This document shows, in pieces, positions 1-9,200 of a DNA stretch of 64,000 nucleotides (position 1 is its first letter; each line of letters starts with the position of its first letter). Below the pieces are notes generated by a model. That model did no database searches. It was not told the origin of the DNA and was given only the letters and a program-made list of their open reading frames with translations. The position numbers and the translations under genes were made by a program. The stretch lies in contig JAOUOS010000009.1 of the NCBI GenBank assembly GCA_029880285.1, positions 871 to 64,870 on the forward strand. The letters are read 5' to 3'. This DNA is from Spirochaetia bacterium. GTDB taxonomy: Bacteria > Spirochaetota > Leptospiria > Turneriellales > JAOUOS01.

Positions 1-153
1 GTGGATAACTTTTTTTTAAATGGCAAGCATACTGTTTTCGGCAAAGTAGTAAAAGGGCAAGCTGTATGCGAGAAAATTTCTACAGTAGAAAGAGATAATA
101 GAGACAAACCCAAAAATCCGGTAATTATGACCGAAGTTCGGGTTTTAAAATAA
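1..153 (+). CDS. Cyclophilin-type peptidyl-prolyl isomerase, 3' end (partial)
   Basis: Manual translation VDNFFLNGKHTVFGKVVKGQAVCEKISTVERDNRDKPKNPVIMTEVRVLK*. LNGKHTVFGKVV is the cyclophilin C-terminal motif. Confidence 0.9.
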   Translation: MDNFFLNGKHTVFGKVVKGQAVCEKISTVERDNRDKPKNPVIMTEVRVLK

Positions 154-155
154 AA

Positions 156-1202
156 TTGTCTGATATATCAAAAAAAAAAGCGGGGATTATAGGAGCCGGG
201 GGATTTACCGGTAAAGAACTTCTATTTCTTATTGCAAAACATAAATATTTTGAAATTTCATACGCTACATCAAACGAATACGCGGGTAAAAAAATCTCTG
301 ATGTTTTTCCTGAAATTAAAACAAAAACTTATGATAATCTTAAGTTTTTAAATCACCCTGAAGATATTACTAAAGTACCGGAACTTGATGTTATCTTTTT
401 AGCGGTACCAGATGAAACTTCAGTAAAATTTACTCCGCTTCTTTTAAAACGAGGATTTAAGGTAATTGATTTATCGGGAGCCTGGCGCATTCAAGATGAA
501 GAAATTTTTAAAAAATATTATGGTATAGAGCGAAATGACCCAGAAACATTAAAAAAAGCAATTTTCGGATTAACTGAGATAAACCGGGAAAAAATAAAAG
601 GAGCAAACTTAATTGCAAATCCGGGCTGTTATCCCACAGCCGCTCTTTTGCCTTTTTATGTAATAAAAGACTATTTAAATTCATTTGACAACCAAATATT
701 TATAGACGCGAAATCGGGCACAAGCGGCGCAGGAGGCAGAAAAGAAAAAGACACACTCGCTTTTTCAACTGTTTATGAAAATTTTAGAGCATATAAAACA
801 GACGGCCACCAGCATGAACCTGAAATCAATCAGGAACTTATGCCTTTTTTAAAAGGTGCCCAAGTAACTTTTACTCCTTATCTTTTACCTGTTTTTAGAG
901 GAATTTTATCAACCTCTTACTTAAAAGTAAATTCAGATATTGACGAAGAAAAGTTAAAACAAAAAATAAAACAAATAATAGAAAATGAACCCTTTATAAG
1001 ATTTTATGAATCACCTAATGAAATAAATCTTAAAAATGTGCAAAATACAAATTTTTTAGACTTTTCGTTTCTTTACAATAAACGTAAAAATACATTTATA
1101 ATTTTTTCTGCTATTGATAACTTACTTAAAGGAGCAGCAGGGCAGGCCGTTCAAAATTTAAATGTAATTTTTAACTTTTCAGAAACTGAAGGCCTGCTAT
1201 AA
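156..1202 (+). CDS. argC: N-acetyl-gamma-glutamyl-phosphate reductase
   Basis: GAGGFTG Rossmann motif, IANPGCYPT catalytic motif, SGTSGAG, IDNLLKGAAGQAVQNLN. Confidence 0.97.
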   Translation: MSDISKKKAGIIGAGGFTGKELLFLIAKHKYFEISYATSNEYAGKKISDVFPEIKTKTYDNLKFLNHPEDITKVPELDVIFLAVPDETSVKFTPLLLKRGFKVIDLSGAWRIQDEEIFKKYYGIERNDPETLKKAIFGLTEINREKIKGANLIANPGCYPTAALLPFYVIKDYLNSFDNQIFIDAKSGTSGAGGRKEKDTLAFSTVYENFRAYKTDGHQHEPEINQELMPFLKGAQVTFTPYLLPVFRGILSTSYLKVNSDIDEEKLKQKIKQIIENEPFIRFYESPNEINLKNVQNTNFLDFSFLYNKRKNTFIIFSAIDNLLKGAAGQAVQNLNVIFNFSETEGLL

Positions 1203-1206
1203 TCAT

Positions 1207-1614
1207 TTATTCGCGTTCTACTTCTTGGTAGTTTACATTTTCAGGTGAAAAGGCGTTATAAAAATAATCATAAAGCTTTCTTGCTTTATTTGAATTATCT
1301 GTTGTTACATTACAAACAAATATATCAAGTGTAATGTAATTTTTTTCTGGCCATGTGTGAATGGCAACATGAGATTCAGCCAATATAACTGTACCCGTAA
1401 CACCCGATTCAGGAAATTGATAAAAAGCTCTGCCGACTTCTGTAAGTTCTACGTCTCTAACTTTTTCTGAGCAGAATGATTCTAAAAACTCAGAAACTGT
1501 CATAAGGTCATATCCATCTTTACAGTTGTAAAATTCTGTTAAAATGTGTATACCTTTTTTTGGCACTTTATTTGATCGTATATCAAATACACTTTTTTCT
1601 TTCGTTTGTTGCAT
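1207..1614 (-). CDS. speD: S-adenosylmethionine decarboxylase proenzyme
   Basis: GVTGTVILAESHVAIHTWPE self-cleavage (ESH) motif. Start moved to the ATG at 1614, behind a G-rich SD (AAGGGGGG). Confidence 0.93.
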   Translation of the reverse strand: MQQTKEKSVFDIRSNKVPKKGIHILTEFYNCKDGYDLMTVSEFLESFCSEKVRDVELTEVGRAFYQFPESGVTGTVILAESHVAIHTWPEKNYITLDIFVCNVTTDNSNKARKLYDYFYNAFSPENVNYQEVERE

Positions 1615-1745
1615 ATTCCCCCCTTGCAGTAGTTTTTCGCGAGAGAACGGTTCACAACCTTTTGTTTTTAGAGTATTTGGGCTACCGCTAGGAGGGCGGC
1701 AAAGCAATTAGCTTATGCCAATAATGCTGTAGCTCTCTAAAAACA
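1615..1745 (-). promoter_or_regulatory. Structured 5' leader of speD, candidate cis-regulatory RNA
   Basis: Perfect 11-bp stem (1745-1735 with 1673-1663) encloses inner helices. Loop CCCUCCU and downstream GUUCUCUC are both complementary to the speD SD region. Confidence 0.6.
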
Positions 1746-1821
1746 TATCAGGTATGATTTGCCGTACATCTCAAATTTATTGGAACCAAAATTAAAATTG
1801 AATTTACGCTGTCAAAAATAA

Positions 1822-2775
1822 TTAAGTGTAATTATTAAAAATTTTTTCAATTTTTAACGATTCCTCTAAATTAATCTCTAATTCAGCCGCGGCCGCGTTT
1901 TCTTTTGCCTGTAACTCATTTCGCGCCCCTGCTATTGCCGATGTTACACCTTTTTTGTGCAAAACCCACGCTAAAGCTAGAGTTCCGGCTGATACATTTT
2001 TTTCTCGCGCGATTTCTTTTAGTTTATCAACTGCTTGAACTATTTTTGAAAATAAAGGTTCTTTGAAAAAATAATCTTTTTTACGCCAATCATCTGAAGC
2101 AAGATTTTTTAATTTTTCATGATTAAAACTGCCAGATAACAAGCCCGCCTGCATTGGACTATACGCTAAAGTCGCGGTTTGATTTTTATCGCAAACCGGC
2201 AGCACATCTTTTTCAATTTCACGTTTTAACAAACTAAAAGGCGGCTGGGATGAATCTACATGACCTATCTTTTCACAGTTTTCAATCATATCTGCCGTAT
2301 AATTGCTTACGCCAATATAACGTACCTTACCTTCTTCTTTTAATTTAACCATTTCGCCCCAGCTTTCTTCAATAGATGTATTAGGATCGGGCCAGTGAAT
2401 TTGATATAAATCGATTGTTTCGGTTTCAAGCCGTTTTAAACTGTCTTCGCATTCTTTTCTAATACTTTCTGCCTTATTATGTCTTTGAATACGTCCCCTA
2501 TCATCCCATACCAGACCGCATTTTGTGGCCACAAATATATCTTCATTAATTTCTTTTAGGGCTTTCGCTACAATTTTTTCAGCATGCCCTAGCCCGTATG
2601 CGGGCGCGGTATCAATCCAGTTTATACCCTGTTCAACAGATTTAATAACAGCTTCAATAGATTTTTTATCTTCTTGTTTGCCCCAGCCAAACTGCCAAGG
2701 ACCTCCTATGGCCCATGTTCCTAACCCTATAACTGTAATTTCGGGACCATTTTTACCCAGTTTTCTTTTTTTCAT
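1822..2775 (-). CDS. Aldo/keto reductase
   Basis: GLGTWAIGG, IDTAPAYG, IDLYQIHWPD, YIGVSN, YSPMQAGLLSG. Confidence 0.95.
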   Translation of the reverse strand: MKKRKLGKNGPEITVIGLGTWAIGGPWQFGWGKQEDKKSIEAVIKSVEQGINWIDTAPAYGLGHAEKIVAKALKEINEDIFVATKCGLVWDDRGRIQRHNKAESIRKECEDSLKRLETETIDLYQIHWPDPNTSIEESWGEMVKLKEEGKVRYIGVSNYTADMIENCEKIGHVDSSQPPFSLLKREIEKDVLPVCDKNQTATLAYSPMQAGLLSGSFNHEKLKNLASDDWRKKDYFFKEPLFSKIVQAVDKLKEIAREKNVSAGTLALAWVLHKKGVTSAIAGARNELQAKENAAAAELEINLEESLKIEKIFNNYT

Positions 2776-3788
2776 AATTTAATCGCGCCTTTATATTTAT
2801 TTAACCACTCATTGTATTCTTCAATAAAATACCGAAGCCTTGTTTTTTTAAATTCTCTTGTAGAGGTTAAAATTAAATAATCATCACAGTTTATATCGCG
2901 TGACATTTTTTCGGCAGTTTCTGTTAAATAGTCACTTGAAGAACCATGAATCATCGAGTATAAACTATAAGGAAAATCAGAAATAGGCGTTCTTGAATAA
3001 CAGTGACTCACATCAGGAAATTGAGCGAGTTTTTCTCCCGCTTTATCTAAATTTTCAGGTTTTACATTCCAAACAGCCATACCGTTAAAAGTAACGCCCA
3101 TTTTTCTGTGCATAAAAGTACCAATATATTTTCTTACCGCGCCCCCCATATTTTCATTTAAAAAGTTAATAATTTCTTCTTCTTGTGCGTTATTTTCATC
3201 AGCCAGAACTTTAAACGGATTTTTTACGGCAGGTAAATCTTTTTGAATAATTTGAATTAAGCGTTTATTTTTTTCGGTAATTTCAATTTGTTTTTTATTT
3301 ATTGAGTGAATTGTTTTTTCAGAAACATTTGTTTTATTCTTTAAATCTACCACTACGCCTATTTTATATACTTTTATTTTTTTAAGGGGGTGTATATTTG
3401 AAATACCGGTTAAAGACGAAAGTATTTTTATATCTTCTTCTACGCCATTTTTTCTTTCTGACGCTATAGTAAACCATAAGTTATATTTATGATTTCTTTG
3501 ATAATTATGAGTAACCAGAGGATGTTCAGAAATTACAGAAGCAGTATCTTCTATTTTTTCTGAAGAGACCTCGGCGCACACAAGAGCTGATTCATAGCCT
3601 AAAAGTTCACCCTCCATGACTGCTGATATTTCACGCAGCCTTTTTGTATTTTTCCATTCCTGAATTTTTAATAAAACATCCTCTTCGGTTGAATTAATTT
3701 GCTCTGCCAATACCTTAAAAGGTTCTTTATCAAGAGGAAATTTTTTTTGCAAAAGCTTGGCTAATTCGTTTTCTTGTTCTAAATTCAT
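2772..3788 (-). CDS. Fused siroheme decarboxylase (NirDL / AhbA-AhbB type)
   Basis: Two Lrp/AsnC-like halves: VTHNYQRNHKYNLWFT (AhbA/NirD-like) and HRKMG...VSHCYSR...YSLYSMIHG (AhbB/NirH-like). Confidence 0.85.
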   Translation of the reverse strand: MNLEQENELAKLLQKKFPLDKEPFKVLAEQINSTEEDVLLKIQEWKNTKRLREISAVMEGELLGYESALVCAEVSSEKIEDTASVISEHPLVTHNYQRNHKYNLWFTIASERKNGVEEDIKILSSLTGISNIHPLKKIKVYKIGVVVDLKNKTNVSEKTIHSINKKQIEITEKNKRLIQIIQKDLPAVKNPFKVLADENNAQEEEIINFLNENMGGAVRKYIGTFMHRKMGVTFNGMAVWNVKPENLDKAGEKLAQFPDVSHCYSRTPISDFPYSLYSMIHGSSSDYLTETAEKMSRDINCDDYLILTSTREFKKTRLRYFIEEYNEWLNKYKGAIKL

Positions 3789-3798
3789 TGGTTTTTAT

Positions 3799-4998
3799 TT
3801 ATAATCCGGTTTGAAAAGCTCTCCATATACCAAAAATTCCTGATGGCGACTTTAAAGGAATTCTCTTTAATTCTTCTCGCGTTAAGGCGTTAACAATTAT
3901 AAATTCATTGGTCATGTTACTTGAAATAAAAGCTTTATCACCTCTGGGTGTAAATACCATATGAAATATTTTTTTGCCAAAATTTATAACTTCAATTGAT
4001 TTTTCAGTTATAGTATCAATTATTTCAACTTTACCGTCATCTTTTTCGCCAGAGAAAGATATCCAAATTTCTTTTTGATTCGGATGTACAACAGCGTACA
4101 CGGGATCGCCAGCCAGCTCAATATATTTTTGAAATTTATAATCAATACTCGAAATAACGGCCAAACGTTTTTTACCGGGTAGGGGTATAAAAATTTTATT
4201 ACCAGCTACCGCCCAGGCTTCCATATGCGGCATTTTTACCGGAATTCTATCTACCTCTTTCGCGTCTTTAAAATGCACTGGTTTGGCCGCAGGGTTATTT
4301 TCCCAAAGGTCAACAAGGCTAATTTTTTCAGATTTAAAATGACCGGTTACATAATACCTGCCTTCAGGAGAAATTAAAGCATCAAAAGGAAAAGACGCCA
4401 CAGCTTTTATTTTTCTTTTAATCTTATAGGGCACGGGGCCTGTTTTATTATTTGTCTCGGGCATAAGTTCCCATATTTCATCGTTATCCATTAACGCGCA
4501 TAAAAATGTATTATTAGCGCCATCAACAAGGCCGGTAACTCTTGAAAGTGTAGTTTCGTTTTCAATATCGCCAGATATACGATTTGTAACGGTAAAGGTT
4601 TCAGTATCAACAAAAGTAATACCTCCCGGCTCATATTCTGATACAGCGATAGTTCTTCCGTCTTGTGAAATACCAAGACCAATGGAATTTTTCGATGTTT
4701 GAATATAACCATCTTCTTTCATTGTTTCAAGGTTTACTCTGGTTAAAACACCATTTCTTGTCGCTATAAATCCATAATGCAATTCAGGATCAAATACCAT
4801 GCTCGCGTGACGCAAATTGCCTGAAAGAGAAATTCTGCTTACTAATTCCATTGTTTTATAATCAATAACGGCCATACTTTCAGAAGCACGCTCTATGACA
4901 AATACCTTCGTTCCTAAATTCATAGGTTTCTTTTCTTCTGAACATGCCGTCAGTACCAAAGAAATAAAGGCCGCCATAATAATTATTTTTTTTCTCAT
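3799..4998 (-). CDS. nirF: Heme d1 biosynthesis protein NirF (cytochrome d1 beta-propeller lipoprotein)
   Basis: VIERA, LRHASMVF, KMPHMEAWA, C-terminal SPSGIF. Start moved to 4998 (SD AAAGGAG, lipobox LTAC). Confidence 0.85.
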   Translation of the reverse strand: MRKKIIIMAAFISLVLTACSEEKKPMNLGTKVFVIERASESMAVIDYKTMELVSRISLSGNLRHASMVFDPELHYGFIATRNGVLTRVNLETMKEDGYIQTSKNSIGLGISQDGRTIAVSEYEPGGITFVDTETFTVTNRISGDIENETTLSRVTGLVDGANNTFLCALMDNDEIWELMPETNNKTGPVPYKIKRKIKAVASFPFDALISPEGRYYVTGHFKSEKISLVDLWENNPAAKPVHFKDAKEVDRIPVKMPHMEAWAVAGNKIFIPLPGKKRLAVISSIDYKFQKYIELAGDPVYAVVHPNQKEIWISFSGEKDDGKVEIIDTITEKSIEVINFGKKIFHMVFTPRGDKAFISSNMTNEFIIVNALTREELKRIPLKSPSGIFGIWRAFQTGL

Positions 4999-5018
4999 AA
5001 ATTCTCCTTTTGCTTTCA

Positions 5019-6149
5019 TTAAATATAACAAGATGGATCTTCTTCCCACATATCATTATAAACCGCGAGAGCTCTTTCTCTGTGAGAGCCTCTGCAAATT
5101 TCAACATAATCGCAGTTTTTGCATTTGCCCTTTAAAAATTTAGTTCTAATTCGTAAACTCTCTATTAAACTGTTTTCTAATATTTCAGATAAATCTTTTT
5201 CAAGTAAATTTCCGCAGGTTGAAGTCTGCCAAAATTGATCAGGATGAACATTCCCTTTATAGTCGATGTTCAATAGTTTTTCGCCCGCAGTATTACCGCC
5301 TCTTTTTTTTAACAAATCATAAATTAAATTGGCTGAAGATTCTTCAAAGTTTTCTTTCGCGTATAAATATAAATAAACTCCATCGGCATCATTACCCCCT
5401 GTGACAATATTTAAAGGGATATTGTTATCAATATATTCTAAAGATTTTTCAAATATAAAGTTCATTAAGTTTTTAGTTTCTATTTTTTGCACATCATATT
5501 TTGAAAACGCCTTTCCTCTGCCGCCGTAAACCAAATGAGAAAGATAAAATCTGTGAATATTATTTTCAATGGCCAAGTTTAACATATCACCAAGCTGGGC
5601 ACTGTTTTTATCAGTAAGGGTAATTCTAATTCCCGTTTCAAGACCGGCATTTGCCGCGTTTTTAATACCTTCTAATGCCTTTAAAAAGGCGCCAGACATT
5701 CCTCTGTATGAATCGTTGAAATCAGACAATCCGTCTATACTTACGCCCACATAATTAATACCCGATTTTTTCAGGTTCTGAGCTTTTTCTTTTGAAATTA
5801 AAACGCCATTACTTGAAAGATGACAATGAATATTTTTTTTTGCCGCGTACTCAATTATATTAAAAACATCATCTCTTAAAAGAGGTTCGCCTCCTGAAAA
5901 AATTATAATTTTTATGCCATAATCAGAAAGTTTATCGATAATTTTATACATTTCACTAGTACCTAATTCATCATTATTTTTTTTTAATTTAGCAGAAGCG
6001 TAACAATGAGGGCATGTCATATTGCATTCATTTGTAATGTTCCATACAATAACCGGCGGCATATTTTTATGAAACCGAGGTATATCTTTTTTTACGATTT
6101 CATCTGAATTTTTTAAAGCGTACCGAAGAATTTGAGTGACACTCAGCAT
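5019..6149 (-). CDS. nirJ: Radical SAM/SPASM heme d1 (NirJ) or Ahb-pathway (AhbC-like) enzyme
   Basis: VWNITNECNMTCPHCY, FSGGEPL, RFYLSHLVYGGRG, VHPDQFW, SPASM cysteines, WEEDPSCY. Adjacent to nirF. Confidence 0.8.
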   Translation of the reverse strand: MLSVTQILRYALKNSDEIVKKDIPRFHKNMPPVIVWNITNECNMTCPHCYASAKLKKNNDELGTSEMYKIIDKLSDYGIKIIIFSGGEPLLRDDVFNIIEYAAKKNIHCHLSSNGVLISKEKAQNLKKSGINYVGVSIDGLSDFNDSYRGMSGAFLKALEGIKNAANAGLETGIRITLTDKNSAQLGDMLNLAIENNIHRFYLSHLVYGGRGKAFSKYDVQKIETKNLMNFIFEKSLEYIDNNIPLNIVTGGNDADGVYLYLYAKENFEESSANLIYDLLKKRGGNTAGEKLLNIDYKGNVHPDQFWQTSTCGNLLEKDLSEILENSLIESLRIRTKFLKGKCKNCDYVEICRGSHRERALAVYNDMWEEDPSCYI

Positions 6150-6164
6150 TTTTTTTTAGTTTTC

Positions 6165-6194
6165 TTGACAGACCGAAATATATCGGTTTATAAT
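6165..6194 (+). promoter_or_regulatory. Consensus sigma70 promoter for the MMPL operon with an operator-like palindrome in the spacer
   Basis: TTGACA (6165-6170), 18 nt spacer containing ACCGA-N6-TCGGT, TATAAT (6189-6194). Confidence 0.7.
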
Positions 6195-6239
6195 CGAAAT
6201 TGACACATGCTGTAAATTAAATATATTAAAAAAAAATTG

Positions 6240-6261
6240 TACCGAATTTATAAATTCGGTA
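6240..6261. promoter_or_regulatory. 22-bp perfect palindrome, operator-like
   Basis: TACCGAATTTATAAATTCGGTA, with the same ACCGA/TCGGT arms as the promoter-spacer site. Confidence 0.6.
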
Positions 6262-6293
6262 GATTTTAAGAAAAATATGGGTATAATTTCAAA

Positions 6294-9188
6294 ATGAAAA
6301 AAATTATAGAAAAGTGGATTACACTAATTATTAATAATCCGCGGGCGGTATTGGCATCAATTATATTATTGACTGCTTTTTTTATCAGTGGTCTTCGTAA
6401 AATTGAAATAGACAGTTCTGTTGAATACTTAATGCCAAAAGATGAACCTGTATATAAACTTACCGAGCGGGTAAAAGTTGCATTGGTAAATGAAAAAACA
6501 TTTTTAATTACCTCTATAGAACCATCTGAAGGACATGAACTTTTATCTAATGAAGTTTTTAACTCATTAAATCTTCTAGTTGAAGAAATTGAAGAGTATA
6601 AAGATTTTAATCTTAATCTTGAAAATGAAAGACTTAATACAATAATAAAAGCCGGTAATGCTTTATACAATATAGAAAATGAACCAGAAGTAAAAAAAGA
6701 AGAAGTCAATCTTGATAATCTTGAAGAGGACCTTGATAAAATGATTCTTGAAGACAGTGGTAAAGGTACAGAAAACGCTGAAAAATTATTAAAAAAACAA
6801 AAAGTTTCATCTTATGATATCTGGGACATGACAAAACCCCTTCCCGAAGACAGATATGATAAACCCGTTAGAGAAAAACGAATATATGATCTTACCAAAT
6901 ATACTCCGGTAAGTATTAGTCAAATTAGATCTTCTCTTGATACAATCGCCAATAGACAGCTTGATAGTATTTTACTTTATTTAAAACTAAATGATTTTGA
7001 TAAAAATATGAACTTATCAGTTAAGCAATATAAAAAAATATTAAACGCATGGGAAAGTCTTTATTTATATAAATCATTAAATATTGTACGGATGTTTTTA
7101 AATCCTATCAGCGGCGAAGATATTTCTGGCAAAAACAATGAGCTTACCCCTGTAGATTTTATTGAAAAAAATGAAAACGGTAAAAGAGAGCTTCCCGTTA
7201 CTAAAGAAGATTTTATTGAATATGAAAAAAAAATAAGACTAAGCCCTATCAATTCTATTAATCTATTTTCTTTAAATGAAAAAAATAAAATTCAAGCCTT
7301 TGCTCTCGGGATTTCGCTTCGCTCTATTGAACACTATAACCATTTTTATGAAATATTTCACCATGTGATAGAAAAATACAATACAAAACCTTTAAAATTA
7401 CACATAATGGGTTCAATGGTTATTGAAAAATATATGCAGGAATTCATGCAAAGAGATTTATCTACTCTTTTACCCATTGTTTTTATACTGGTTATTTTAA
7501 CTTTTTTTCTTAATTTTTATTCTATTCGCGGAGTTCTACTGCCAACACTTACAGTAGCTTTAGGGGCAATTTGGACCATGGGACTTTTAGGACATCTTAA
7601 TGTTAAAATGTCTTTGCTGGTTAATATACTCCCTCCGCTTTTAATTGCAATAGGCAGTTCATACTCTATTCATATGTTTAACCAGTATATGCTTGAATTA
7701 AAAACTTTTACAAAAGAAAACATGAAAAAAGCTCTAATTGAATGTATGAGTCATATTTCAGGTACTGTTTTTTTAGCGGCCTTTACTACCTGTATTAGCT
7801 TTTTAACTTTATCGGGAAGTCAGGTTACATCAATGAGACACTTTGGCCAATTCGCGGCGGTCGGCGCTTTTTTTGGCATGTTGGTTTCTTTTTTATTAAT
7901 TCCCGGAGTTTTAATTTTATTAAAACCGCTAAAGTTAGAAAATAATAAAAACCAAAAAGGTACAAATTTAATTATACAATTTTTTGTAGGAAGACTTTCA
8001 ATTTTAAGCACACATTACGCGAAGCCGGTATTTATTTTTTCGGTATTGCTTTTTGTTTTAGGCATCTTTGGGCTTACAAAAGTAAGGCCAGAAACAGCGC
8101 CAATGTTTAACTTTAAAGATGATTCAATAATAAGAAAAGCTGATGATAGAATAGGCGAACTTTTTAACGGAACCTTTGCCATTAATTTAATTTTTGATAC
8201 CGGCAAAAAAGACGGTGTAAAAGATCCTAAAATTTTAAAATATATTGAAGATATTCAAAAATGGGCAGACGATCCTGTTCAAAGAAATCAATATCACATT
8301 TTATCAACAGCCACCTTTGGCGATTTTATAAAACGAATGAATATGGCAATAAATGATGATAAAAAAGAGTTTTATAAAATACCTGATTCACAACATACTA
8401 TTCGCGATTATCTTGAGATTTTCGCAGGCGAAGACGAAGACTCTGACGGCAGACCAGACGCTTTTGAACAATTTGTAGATGTTGACTACAGACGGGTAAA
8501 TTTAATTATTCGTACCGGCTCAATAAAAGAAAGGCTTTTTAGTACAGAAATAAACAAAAAACTTGAAAAGCATTTGAAAAATTACCTTGAAGCACCAAAA
8601 AACCATCCGCCTGATAACGCTGAATATTTTATGGCCGGCAGTACCATGAATTTTCCTGTTTTAGCCGACTATATTTTTGAGAGCCAAACAAGTAGCATCT
8701 TATTAAGTTTATTTATAATATTTATTTTAATTTATATTCTATTTAAAAGAATAAAAGCTTCATTTGTATCTCTAATTCCCATCTGTTTTGGAATAAGTCA
8801 GGTATACGGATTGATGGGATTTCTAAATATCCCGCTTGATATTCCTAAAGTGATTTTATCATCAATAGCTATTGGTATAGGTATTGATGACACAATCCAC
8901 TTTATGCGCACTATGTCGCACTTTCTTAAAAAAGGTATGAACATTAAAGAAGCAATTTATCATACACACGCAGAAGCCGGCTTAGCAATAACATATACCT
9001 CAGTAGCTCTTATTTTAGGCTTTTCAATTTTAATGGTGTCTAGTTTTAAACCTGTATTTTATTTAGGACTATTGGTGTCTGGAGTAATGTTTTCAACAAC
9101 AATAGGAGCATTACTATTCTTGCCGGTTTACATTTATTTATTTAAAATAGAAATTCCAGATTTTGAAAATGGAGATAATAAGATTTAG
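6294..9188 (+). CDS. MMPL/RND-family transporter
   Basis: Two transmembrane blocks with LLIAIGSSYSIH and IAIGIGIDDTIHF motifs and two large periplasmic domains. Confidence 0.92.
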   Translation: MKKIIEKWITLIINNPRAVLASIILLTAFFISGLRKIEIDSSVEYLMPKDEPVYKLTERVKVALVNEKTFLITSIEPSEGHELLSNEVFNSLNLLVEEIEEYKDFNLNLENERLNTIIKAGNALYNIENEPEVKKEEVNLDNLEEDLDKMILEDSGKGTENAEKLLKKQKVSSYDIWDMTKPLPEDRYDKPVREKRIYDLTKYTPVSISQIRSSLDTIANRQLDSILLYLKLNDFDKNMNLSVKQYKKILNAWESLYLYKSLNIVRMFLNPISGEDISGKNNELTPVDFIEKNENGKRELPVTKEDFIEYEKKIRLSPINSINLFSLNEKNKIQAFALGISLRSIEHYNHFYEIFHHVIEKYNTKPLKLHIMGSMVIEKYMQEFMQRDLSTLLPIVFILVILTFFLNFYSIRGVLLPTLTVALGAIWTMGLLGHLNVKMSLLVNILPPLLIAIGSSYSIHMFNQYMLELKTFTKENMKKALIECMSHISGTVFLAAFTTCISFLTLSGSQVTSMRHFGQFAAVGAFFGMLVSFLLIPGVLILLKPLKLENNKNQKGTNLIIQFFVGRLSILSTHYAKPVFIFSVLLFVLGIFGLTKVRPETAPMFNFKDDSIIRKADDRIGELFNGTFAINLIFDTGKKDGVKDPKILKYIEDIQKWADDPVQRNQYHILSTATFGDFIKRMNMAINDDKKEFYKIPDSQHTIRDYLEIFAGEDEDSDGRPDAFEQFVDVDYRRVNLIIRTGSIKERLFSTEINKKLEKHLKNYLEAPKNHPPDNAEYFMAGSTMNFPVLADYIFESQTSSILLSLFIIFILIYILFKRIKASFVSLIPICFGISQVYGLMGFLNIPLDIPKVILSSIAIGIGIDDTIHFMRTMSHFLKKGMNIKEAIYHTHAEAGLAITYTSVALILGFSILMVSSFKPVFYLGLLVSGVMFSTTIGALLFLPVYIYLFKIEIPDFENGDNKI

Positions 9189-9200
9189 GAGAATATAAAG

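Noticed and set aside
1-9. GTGGATAAC resembles a reverse DnaA box
   Set aside because: Single copy and in frame (V-D-N) within the cyclophilin gene
1615-1707. 31-aa N-terminal extension of SpeD given by the ORF track
   Set aside because: TTG start without SD, whereas the ATG at 1614 has a strong SD. The region is better explained as a leader.
1615-1770. Known SAM-I or SAM-II riboswitch upstream of speD
   Set aside because: The conserved AUC..GAG..GAGGGA..GCCC..GCAACC..GUGC core and the SAM-II pattern are not visible
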